Shown here: positions 29,401 through 36,322 of the stretch, piece after piece | Position numbering within the stretch: the stretch's first letter is position 1 | How the letters are laid out: the number at the start of each line of letters is the position of its first letter | DNA from: Limisphaerales bacterium | Lineage (GTDB): Bacteria > Verrucomicrobiota > Verrucomicrobiia > Limisphaerales > AAA164-E04 | DNA length: 64,000 bases | Direction: 5' to 3' | Assembly: GCA_965227305.1 (NCBI GenBank) | Contig: OZ245740.1 | Span: 1,747,371 to 1,811,370, forward strand | Made by a program: the position numbers and the translations under genes | Notes under the pieces: generated by a model | What the model saw: only the letters and a program-made list of their open reading frames with translations | The model's database searches: none | Told to the model about the DNA's origin: nothing

Positions 29401-29692
29401 CGCTCGTCGGCTGAGGCTCGTCCTCCGGCGGCATCTCGCCTTCCTGCAAGAGTTCGATCGCTAGCTCCCAATCTTTAAAGTCATTGACCGCGTCTTGACG
29501 CTCAAGCAGGCCTTCGAAATTGATTTTGCCTTTGGCCTTCTTGTGATTGTGGCACTGGACGCAGTACTCGCTGACGAGCGCCTGGGCTGGCGGTGGAGAT
29601 GCGGCAGAAGTCGCAGCCGCGAGGATCATATAGATCCAAACGGCTGCAAAAAGCCCAGCCTGACGAAGGCCGGTCTGGTTGATCCGGAGCAT
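26417..29692 (-). CDS. DUF1592/DUF1595/DUF1587/DUF1588/DUF1585-type multi-domain protein with N-terminal cytochrome-c motif
   Basis: 1091-aa ORF with a signal peptide. CVQCHNHKKAKG (CxxCH) near the N-terminus and CTNCHSKIDPLGFALEHFD near the C-terminus. This is the canonical partner of DUF1552. Confidence 0.8.
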   Translation of the reverse strand: MLRINQTGLRQAGLFAAVWIYMILAAATSAASPPPAQALVSEYCVQCHNHKKAKGKINFEGLLERQDAVNDFKDWELAIELLQEGEMPPEDEPQPTSEERQAIVTHLQAWLTASRDALANDPGPVTLRRLTSAEYDYTIQDLTGLSLDLDRLIRSDGVGGEGFSNVGDAQFVQDATVERYLEAAKKVASHALIGAGPLEFVTNPGKTGQELASIERIKALYRQHGFRTGAGEGADAFGLDMYPRAFAAAWQFRHRERLGQPQVKLDDLANERDLSPIFLNHIWDLLQKDAPTFPTADIIDRWRELPTPTHAHDPVVNEIQAACRNLYQRTLAWQKALAATTRDDEEAAVLSGQFFEPEPTHGFRVRLNWPEGAEIARFEISTTPASSSEAAARVLWVEPTIRLRSGRSRRGSFRPLRRYVTAASADQISFGKNPRGDAIHDDSFVMTGAQQWNIEFRVPSGATSAELRVEARLDSDPNRDGLVRCTITDGLIPGETIASTGGASALLGDPLSPQLPEWQQGIADFAQLLPQVSHREPAPSDRDPIPAPYDNTYNNPERNQFHYVIKYHRDDQFLTHHILSPETRKELDQAWTNLLTAFDYHQQYFQFVTQKLDGIDSPPEIDSVTDTWMEGISEKARPFLTQLTGDYQARQEQLAQASNRHLDDALQFADRAWRRPLTADEQTTLRAFYHHQRSEFEADHDQAIRTLLARILMAPAFLYRLENPAPSPEIQRLTAYELANRLSFFLWSSPPDTQLRNAAASGDLLDPKILATQARRLLKDQRAERFATEFFGQWFGFYRFDEFRGIDASRYPQFTTQLKAALYEESIRFFEHIVRHDRPLADILHADYAFLDPELGAHYGIDLPENSPTTPERISGTQAQHRGGLLQLGTILASTSAPLRTSAVKRGDWVLRRILGTPVPPPPADAGSIPADDVQADGLTVRARLEAHRQNPKCTNCHSKIDPLGFALEHFDPVGRWRESYRDGQAIDDSGTLSNGQVIDGMAGLYTYLRDNADLFHRNLVRKLVGYALGRGERLSDQLLIDRLAKSVNEKTSISDLVVELIQSPQFQFRRGRPAATQKPNIETEVKLGKL

Positions 29693-29753
29693 AGGGAATT
29701 ATGCGAACCTCAGCGCGCTGGCTCAATGCTATAATTTGGTGCGAATCTCAGAT

Positions 29754-29788
29754 GGTAGGGCGAGCGGACCCGCGAGCCGTTGGGCACG
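29754..29788 (+). repeat. REP-like intergenic repeat unit
   Basis: ggtagggcgagcggacccgcgagccgttgggcacg is a slightly diverged copy. It is paired with a second, MITE-split unit about 60 nt downstream. Confidence 0.7.
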
Positions 29789-29848
29789 GCAAGAGAGCAA
29801 ACACTGTTGGTGCGAGAGGCTGCGTTGGGTGGGAATGGCCCGTGGGTA

Positions 29849-30025
29849 ACAGACGGTGTAAAAAGTCCTTTTCCACCCGCAGGTAAGAGAGTGTGTGAAA
29901 GCGACAGCTTCGCTCTCGCACTCCAAAAAACGCTCGATTTGCGGACGAAATATGGAGTGCGAGAGCGGAGCTGTCGTTTTGACCACCGCGATGGAGTTGC
30001 CAACGGGATTTTTTACACGGTCTGG
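29849..30025. mobile_element. 177-bp MITE with ~19-bp terminal inverted repeats, flanked by TA, carrying the hairpin module (29897-29980)
   Basis: Flanks are cgtgggTA | ACAGACGGTGTAAAAAGTCC ... GGATTTTTTACACGGTCTGG | TAtgctcgccgtacc. The flanks are a degenerate REP unit in reverse orientation. It is near-identical to 35907-36083. Confidence 0.75.
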
Positions 30026-30042
30026 TATGCTCGCCGTACCAA

Positions 30043-31212
30043 TTATTGCTCGAAGATGGCCTCGTTGACCTGCACACCGAGTCCGGGTGTTTCCGGGGCG
30101 GTGACGCTCCCACCTTGGGGTTGCGGTTCCCCGTGAAAGATATCGACCGTTTCCAGATCCGGCATGGAATCCCAACAGGGAAGCGGGAAATACTCCACCA
30201 TCGGCACGTTGGCGAGCCCGAGTGCGAAGTGGATGTGCGTGATCCCGTAGGCATGGGGGATGAGCGTCACTCCGGCGGCGGCGGCCAGAGCCGCGATCTT
30301 GCGTCCCTCCGTGAAACCGCCGCATCGGCGCAAATCCGGCTGGATGATGTCCATGGCCTGTTTCTCAAGGATGTGTTCGAAACCGAAACGAGTGTACTCG
30401 TGCTCGCCACCCGAGATCGGGATGTTGGTCTCCTGGCGCAGCTTGGCGTAGCTGTTGAGGTCGTCTGGCAGGAAGGCTTCTTCCAGCCAAGCGAGGCGGT
30501 AAGGTTCGAGGCGCCGGCACATTTTCTTGGCGTAAACAAAATCCCAGCCCATATAGGCGTCGGCCATGATTTCAATGTCGGGTCCGACGCTCTCGCGAAC
30601 CAGCGCGACGTGGGCCTCATTCGCGGCCATCCCTTTTACGCCATCCCCGGGACCATAGGGGAAACGCATTTTCATCGCTTCGAAGCCTTGGTCGACGTAG
30701 GCCTTTGCTTCAGCCGCGACGCGATCCGCTCCCACGGGGTGGAGGGCCGAGGCATAGACCGGAACCGGATTCCGGGCGGGGCCACCCAAGAGTCGATAGA
30801 CGGGTTGTTCGGCGGCCTTGCCGGCCAGGTCCCACAGGGCGATGTCGATGGCGCTGATGGCTTGGAGTGCCAAGCCTTTGCGGCCGTATGGGAGACTGGC
30901 CCGGAACAGGCGATCCCACAGCCCTTCAATCTCGCGTGCATCTTGCCCGATGAGCAAGCGGCTTAAGTGGCGATCGACCAAACCTTGGGTGGTGGCACAA
31001 CCATCCTCACACCAACCGTAGCCGGTGAGGCCTGCGTCCGTCTCGATCGCGACAACCGCCATACCGGAATCCCAGAACCAAGAGCCGCGGGTTTCCTGAA
31101 ACTGCGGATAGATATCAAGCGGGGTGACGAGCGGAAGCGTCTTTTCTCTTTCGGCTAGGTGGCCCCAGATGGAACGATTGGCGTGGCGGACAGAGACGGC
31201 CGTGATTTTCAT
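30043..31212 (-). CDS. Enolase-superfamily enzyme (mandelate racemase/muconate lactonising family; acid-sugar dehydratase candidate)
   Basis: 389-aa ORF. KMRFPYGP, DAYMGWD, LEEAFLPDD, ISGGEHEY, IIQPDLRRCGG and IPHAYG follow the order of the metal-ligand and catalytic residues in this superfamily. Confidence 0.8.
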   Translation of the reverse strand: MKITAVSVRHANRSIWGHLAEREKTLPLVTPLDIYPQFQETRGSWFWDSGMAVVAIETDAGLTGYGWCEDGCATTQGLVDRHLSRLLIGQDAREIEGLWDRLFRASLPYGRKGLALQAISAIDIALWDLAGKAAEQPVYRLLGGPARNPVPVYASALHPVGADRVAAEAKAYVDQGFEAMKMRFPYGPGDGVKGMAANEAHVALVRESVGPDIEIMADAYMGWDFVYAKKMCRRLEPYRLAWLEEAFLPDDLNSYAKLRQETNIPISGGEHEYTRFGFEHILEKQAMDIIQPDLRRCGGFTEGRKIAALAAAAGVTLIPHAYGITHIHFALGLANVPMVEYFPLPCWDSMPDLETVDIFHGEPQPQGGSVTAPETPGLGVQVNEAIFEQ

Positions 31213-31244
31213 ATTTGGGAAGTGATGAGACGGGGGCGGGCGGG

Positions 31245-32693
31245 CTAGGCAATTAAACTGTGGAGGACATGGCCACCAATGTCGGTGAGTTTGCGAACCC
31301 GGCCCGCGTGCACGAAGGTCAAACGCTCGTCTTCTAGACCTAGAAGGTCGAGGATGGTGGCATGGACATCACGGATGTGAATCGGGCTTCCCACGGATCG
31401 AAGACTGAACTCATCCGTCGAACCCGCCGTGGCGCCGCCCTTCACATTGCCACCGGCCATCCACATGCAGAGCGCGTAGGAATTGTGTTCCCGACCGGGG
31501 GTTTTGCCTACGGTGGTGCTATTCCGGAACGGGGTGCGCCCCATCTCTGAGGCCCACACAACCAAGGTTTCATCAAGTAGCCCGTTGGTCTTGAGGTCCT
31601 GCAGAAGTCCGGCGATCGGTCGATCGACCTCAGCACAGTGTTTGATCATGCCGCCACCGACGTCTGAATGATCGTCCCAACTGTGTTTGCCAATTTGGAC
31701 CCCATGCACGAGCAGACTGTAGCGTACGCCGCGTTCGACTAGGCGCCGAGCTAAGAGACATTGCCTGCCAAAGCCGGCCGTTTTTTCGTCGTCCAAACCG
31801 TAGAGCTTACGAACTGATTCGGGTTCCCGGCTGATATCAACGATCTCGGGCGCGGCTGTTTGCATACGAAAAGCCAATTCGTAGGCGGCGATCCGAGCTT
31901 CGAGTTCAGATTGGTGGGCCCGAGATTGGAGGTGGGACTGGTTGAGTCGCCGTAAGACATCGAGTTCGGTTTGTTGATCGGCTGCGGAGACATTGGCGGG
32001 TCGATCCAGATTCAGAATCGGCACGCCTTCCGGTCGCAAGAGCGTACCTTGGTGGGCCGCGGGGAGATAACCATTCGCCCAAACAGCGGCGCCGTTGACG
32101 GGAGCACCTCGGGGATCCTGAATGACCACGTAGCCCGGCATGTTTTGATTCAGACTTCCCAGACCGTATTGGATCCACGAACCGATCGAGGGGCTTCCAG
32201 GGAACTGGCTGCCCGTATTGACGTGGTAGGTTGAAGGACCGTGGTTTTGGTTGTCCGTTTTGATCCCGTGGACAAAGGCGAGGTCATCGACATGATGGGC
32301 CAGGTGGGGGAAGAGTTCGGATAGATAACGGCCGGTCTGGCCGTGGCGTTGGAATTCAAATTGGCTGCCGATGCACACGTGGGGAAAAGAGAGACGGCCC
32401 TGTAACTCACCGGAGATCGTGGGCGTGCCGGGAATGGGTTTGCCGTGCAGTTCCCGAAGGCGCGGGCGGTATTCGAATGCGTCCATCTGGCTGACACCGC
32501 CTTGCATGAAGAGGAAGATGCAATGTTTCGCCTTGCGAGGGAAATGGGGCTGTTTCGGCGTCAGCGGATTGCTGGTTTGAGTCGACGCTTGGAGTTCGTC
32601 TCCGAGCAATCCGGCAAGTCCCATTGCACCGATTCCGTTCCACGTACGATTTAGGAATTGGCGGCGAGAAAGGCTGGCTTGGGATGGGTCCAT
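31245..32693 (-). CDS. DUF1501 (sulfatase-like) protein with twin-arginine-type leader
   Basis: 482-aa ORF. SRRQFLNRT leader, GREHN, RDVHATILDLLGLED. It lies immediately downstream of the DUF1553 gene on the same strand. Confidence 0.85.
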   Translation of the reverse strand: MDPSQASLSRRQFLNRTWNGIGAMGLAGLLGDELQASTQTSNPLTPKQPHFPRKAKHCIFLFMQGGVSQMDAFEYRPRLRELHGKPIPGTPTISGELQGRLSFPHVCIGSQFEFQRHGQTGRYLSELFPHLAHHVDDLAFVHGIKTDNQNHGPSTYHVNTGSQFPGSPSIGSWIQYGLGSLNQNMPGYVVIQDPRGAPVNGAAVWANGYLPAAHQGTLLRPEGVPILNLDRPANVSAADQQTELDVLRRLNQSHLQSRAHQSELEARIAAYELAFRMQTAAPEIVDISREPESVRKLYGLDDEKTAGFGRQCLLARRLVERGVRYSLLVHGVQIGKHSWDDHSDVGGGMIKHCAEVDRPIAGLLQDLKTNGLLDETLVVWASEMGRTPFRNSTTVGKTPGREHNSYALCMWMAGGNVKGGATAGSTDEFSLRSVGSPIHIRDVHATILDLLGLEDERLTFVHAGRVRKLTDIGGHVLHSLIA

Positions 32694-32704
32694 AAACGCT
32701 TCCT

Positions 32705-35641
32705 TCAGTCGAGGTAAACGAATTCGTTGGTGTTAAAGAGAATTCGGGCCAGCCGCGGGAGTTGTTCCGTCGTGGCAAAAGGTTGCAGCGTTGCGAGTTC
32801 TTCCGGCGTTGGGGGCCTGCCGAGCGCACATTGAAACGCCCAGTGGATGCGGGTGTCGGTAGTTTCGCCGCCTTCATTCGCAATTCGTTTGGCGAAGTAT
32901 TGAGCTTCCTCGTTGACGAGTTCGCCGTTGAAGAGGGTGAGTGCTTGTAGTGGTGTGGTTGAGGTGCGTCTTACCGGACGGGTGTCTTCGCAGACGAGGG
33001 CGTCAAAGTTCTGCATGAAGGGCATGCTGAGAGTGCGTTGTTGGTAAACGTAGATGCTGCGTTTGCGAGCGCGCTTGGAGCGATCCGTGGCCCACTTGTT
33101 GCGATCGTATTTGACTTGGTCTTCGATGCCGCCTGGTAAGGCTGGGAAGATCGGAGGGCCGAAGCGTTCAAGATTGAGTCGGCCGCTGATCGCTAGCACC
33201 GCGTCCCGGATGGCTTCGGCTTCCAGTCGGCGAGGCGGGAAATGCCACCAGAGACGATTCTCCGGATCTCGTTCTGCGGCTCCTGGAGCGTCGGATTGTG
33301 AGGCTTGGCGGTAGGTCGCTGAGGTCACGATCAATCGATGTAGGTGCTTCAATCGCCATTCATTGGCGACGAGTTCGTTGGCCAGCCAATCGAGCAACTC
33401 CGGATGGGAAGCACCGCCACTCAATTGGCCGAAGTCGCTGGGGGTCTTGACGATGCCCTGTCCAAAGTGCCAATGCCAAAGGCGGTTGGCGATTACGCGG
33501 GCGGTCAAGGGGTTCTCCGGGCTTGCGATCCAGTTGGCCAAGGCCATGCGACGACTGCGAGTAGGCCAGCGTTTGAACGGATCGAGGCGGATCGGTGCTG
33601 GGCTATCCGAGCCGGTGATGCAGGTTGGAAATCCGGCCTCAACCACCTCGCCGGGATTGTCGTATTCCCCACGGATCATCACCCGAGAAACCGGCGTCCC
33701 GGGTTCGAAGGGTGGGCCGTAGGAATGTCTTAGAGACATTGCCATGGGTTCGAGCCGTTTGAGTTGTTGCCGGTGAAAGCGCTCGGCTTGGGCCAGATAC
33801 TGGTAACGACGTCGCTCGTCGTCGGTAATGATGGAGGCTCCCTCGTCCGCCAACACGTCCTGCAGGTTGGAACCCTCGGCTTTGCTCGGGTTGGTAACCG
33901 TGCTTACGAATGCGCCGTTGCCGCCTACTGTGAAACCGTATCCCTCAGCGCGACCTGCGACTGAATAGGCAACGACAATAGCACCTTGTTGGTGCCTAAG
34001 GAATGCCGCATCGTCGGCCTGTGCTGTTAGGAAATCGTCTTGGAACCGCACCGTTGGAAGAGATCCTCCATCAAGGACCCCGATAATCGGTTGGAGAGCC
34101 GGATCAGCTTGCTGGAGTAGAATTCCGGCGACCTTGTCCCGCCAATGAAAGAGTTTGCTGACGCCGGTGGGCGAGGGTGTCGCCGGATCGTTATCCGGAT
34201 CTGAGGCATCGAGCCAGAAACTGAGTCCAATGAGCGGGGGCGATTGCCCTTCCGAACCTGGCGGCTTTTCTTTGCTTTTGAAGTAGGTGGCAACTTGGAC
34301 TCGTTCCGATCGCGTCAAAGGGTGGTCATAGATTAGCACCTCTGCGATATCTCCGTGGAAGGCGTTGCCTTTGGGGTCCGGGGTTCCGTCCGTGTTTTGA
34401 CCGATGCTGATGTGGGTCGGGTTCGGTAAATCGCCAAACCAGTGGCCAGCGTTCGAGCCGCTTACGGTAATCTGTGGGGCTTCCGGTTCTGCGCTGTCGA
34501 AGATGGACCAAGACTCACCGTCCGCATTAATGATTGAGAAATGCGACTTACCGTCACTCTTGTTCGCTTTCTCTAAGACGTAGTTGTTGCCGAGCTTGGC
34601 GCCTAGGGATTGGATGCCAAGGCCGGTTTGCGGCTGCGGGACGCGGGATTCAAGTTCGGCCTTGAGAGATTCAAACGCAGATTTGTCCGAGGCTATGGCA
34701 GCCCGAACCGCGTTTCGTTGTTGCTCGGCCCACTCTTCTTCGCCTTCGCGATAAAACTTGGCCGGGAGCGGCCCACCAATCTGGTAAATGTCACCGGGCT
34801 CGGGGCGCTTCAGCCAGACGGTCGAAAAGAACGCTTTCAGGCGGTAGAAATCTTTCGTGGGGATGGGATCATACTTGTGGTCGTGACACTGAGCACACCC
34901 GACGGTTAGGCCAAGGAAGACGGAACTTACAGTGGAGGTCATCTCGCTCAGCATTTCGTGGCGGGTTTGGTCTCCTCTGGGTTCCGTGAAGGGTGCCAGT
35001 CGCAGGAAGGTAAGGGCTACGGTGCGTTCGGCGTCGGGAGTGGGGAGATCGCCGGCGCCCATGATCTCCTTAAATTCGTCTCCGGCGATCTGTTCGCGTA
35101 TGAAAAGATCGAACGGTTTGTCTTGATTGAAGGAATCAATGACGTAGTCGCGATACCGCCAGGCATGGGGGAGATCGGGGTCGCCTTCATAGCCGGCTGT
35201 GTCCGCATACCGTGCGAGGTCGAGCCATTTTCGGGCCCAATGCTCGCCATATCGCTCGTCCGCGAGCAACGAATCGACCAAAGTTTCGTAAGCCTTGGGA
35301 CTGTTGTCTTGGAGGAAGGAGTCCATTTCCTCAGGGCTTGGAGGGAGACCGATGAGGTCGAAATACAAACGCCGGGCAAGGATCCGGCGATCGGCGGGAG
35401 GCGCTGGTTGGAGTGCTTCCTGGTGGAGGCGCTCAAGTATGAAGGCATCGATATCGTTGTGCGGACGATTCTCGCCAAGCCAAGCCGGTGGTGTTACGGC
35501 GGCACGGGGGTTAAATGGCCAGGGAGCGGGCTCGCCGTTCTGTGCGGCAAGGAGGGGGAACGCGCCTAGAAGGTAGGCGCTAGCCAATCCAATTCGGGTA
35601 CGGAGTCCGCCTAAAGCGAATCTTGGAAGTTTCCAGGCCAT
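32705..35641 (-). CDS. DUF1549/DUF1553 (PSD1) protein with a central LamG/concanavalin-like insertion and no N-terminal cytochrome-c motif
   Basis: 978-aa ORF. IDAFILERL (DUF1549), CAQCHDHKYDP and a C-terminal DUF1553-like region. The central ~250 aa contain FHGDIAEVLIYDHPLT, which is LamG-like. Confidence 0.8.
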   Translation of the reverse strand: MAWKLPRFALGGLRTRIGLASAYLLGAFPLLAAQNGEPAPWPFNPRAAVTPPAWLGENRPHNDIDAFILERLHQEALQPAPPADRRILARRLYFDLIGLPPSPEEMDSFLQDNSPKAYETLVDSLLADERYGEHWARKWLDLARYADTAGYEGDPDLPHAWRYRDYVIDSFNQDKPFDLFIREQIAGDEFKEIMGAGDLPTPDAERTVALTFLRLAPFTEPRGDQTRHEMLSEMTSTVSSVFLGLTVGCAQCHDHKYDPIPTKDFYRLKAFFSTVWLKRPEPGDIYQIGGPLPAKFYREGEEEWAEQQRNAVRAAIASDKSAFESLKAELESRVPQPQTGLGIQSLGAKLGNNYVLEKANKSDGKSHFSIINADGESWSIFDSAEPEAPQITVSGSNAGHWFGDLPNPTHISIGQNTDGTPDPKGNAFHGDIAEVLIYDHPLTRSERVQVATYFKSKEKPPGSEGQSPPLIGLSFWLDASDPDNDPATPSPTGVSKLFHWRDKVAGILLQQADPALQPIIGVLDGGSLPTVRFQDDFLTAQADDAAFLRHQQGAIVVAYSVAGRAEGYGFTVGGNGAFVSTVTNPSKAEGSNLQDVLADEGASIITDDERRRYQYLAQAERFHRQQLKRLEPMAMSLRHSYGPPFEPGTPVSRVMIRGEYDNPGEVVEAGFPTCITGSDSPAPIRLDPFKRWPTRSRRMALANWIASPENPLTARVIANRLWHWHFGQGIVKTPSDFGQLSGGASHPELLDWLANELVANEWRLKHLHRLIVTSATYRQASQSDAPGAAERDPENRLWWHFPPRRLEAEAIRDAVLAISGRLNLERFGPPIFPALPGGIEDQVKYDRNKWATDRSKRARKRSIYVYQQRTLSMPFMQNFDALVCEDTRPVRRTSTTPLQALTLFNGELVNEEAQYFAKRIANEGGETTDTRIHWAFQCALGRPPTPEELATLQPFATTEQLPRLARILFNTNEFVYLD

Positions 35642-35735
35642 GGATCAGTGAAGTTTGCCTGGGCTAGGGCCCTTTGTCGAACGTGAATTACGGGCATCGG
35701 ACAACCGAGAGCCGTTCTGAGTTTTAGGTCCGGAA

Positions 35736-35769
35736 GGTGGGGCGAGCGTACCCGCGAGCCGTCGGCACG
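35736..35769 (+). repeat. REP-like intergenic repeat unit
   Basis: ggtggggcgagcgtacccgcgagccgtcggcacg. The upstream tccggaagg extension is shared with other copies (tccggaNggt). Confidence 0.8.
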
Positions 35770-35906
35770 AACGTAGTCGCTATCCGGGAAAGCGTCATGG
35801 CGCACTAGGATAGAACCCCCATAGTCCCAAGGATTGGTGATTGCTGAAGGTGCGCAATGAAGAGCTTGCCTCAGTCGTTCACCGCGGTGACGTCGGCTCG
35901 CGGGTA

Positions 35907-36083
35907 TTAGACCGTTTAAAAGGTCCTTTTCCACCTGCATGTAAGAGAGTGTGAAAGCGACAGCTTCGCTCTCGCACTCCAAAAAACGCTCGATATGCGG
36001 ACGAAATATGGAGTGCGAGAGCGGAGCTGTCGCTTTGCACACACCGCGATGGAGTTGCCAACCAGACTTTTTAAACGGTCTGG
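35907..36083. mobile_element. 177-bp MITE with terminal inverted repeats, flanked by TA inside a REP unit, carrying the hairpin module (35951-36040)
   Basis: cgtcggctcgcgggTA | TTAGACCGTTTAAAAGGTCC ... AGACTTTTTAAACGGTCTGG | TAcgctctccccacc. Joining the flanks with a single TA regenerates the REP unit (reverse complement). It has the same length as the 29849-30025 copy. Confidence 0.8.
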
Positions 36084-36322
36084 TACGCTCTCCCCACCTT
36101 CCCAAAGTGTGCCCTTGAGTCTTGCCGGGCTTAGGGATTGTTACGGGTTGGCGGGGACGTCGCTGGACAAGAGGGAAATGTACATGGTATTCGTTGGCTC
36201 TCGAAGGGGGCTGGACCATCCTGTTTTTAGTTTTGGGTCCGCTCGTTCCTCGGCATGAAGTCTTTGTATTGTCAGAAGCAACTGAGTGGCTTTGATGGAG
36301 CGCCGTCACTTGATGGCGTTGG

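Noticed and set aside
28610-29464. 284-aa plus-strand ORF
   Set aside because: It is an antisense shadow of the 1091-aa DUF1592-family gene.
29729-30325. 198-aa and 168-aa minus-strand ORFs spanning the REP/MITE cluster and the 3' end of the enolase-family gene
   Set aside because: They are composed of repeat sequence plus out-of-frame overlap with a well-supported CDS on the same strand, and they carry no motif.
30046-30966. 306-aa plus-strand ORF
   Set aside because: It is an antisense shadow of the enolase-superfamily gene.
35611-36309. 232-aa minus-strand ORF covering the whole 35.6-36.3 kb spacer
   Set aside because: It consists almost entirely of REP, MITE and hairpin sequence. It has Arg/Pro/Gly-rich composition typical of a wrong frame in GC-rich DNA.
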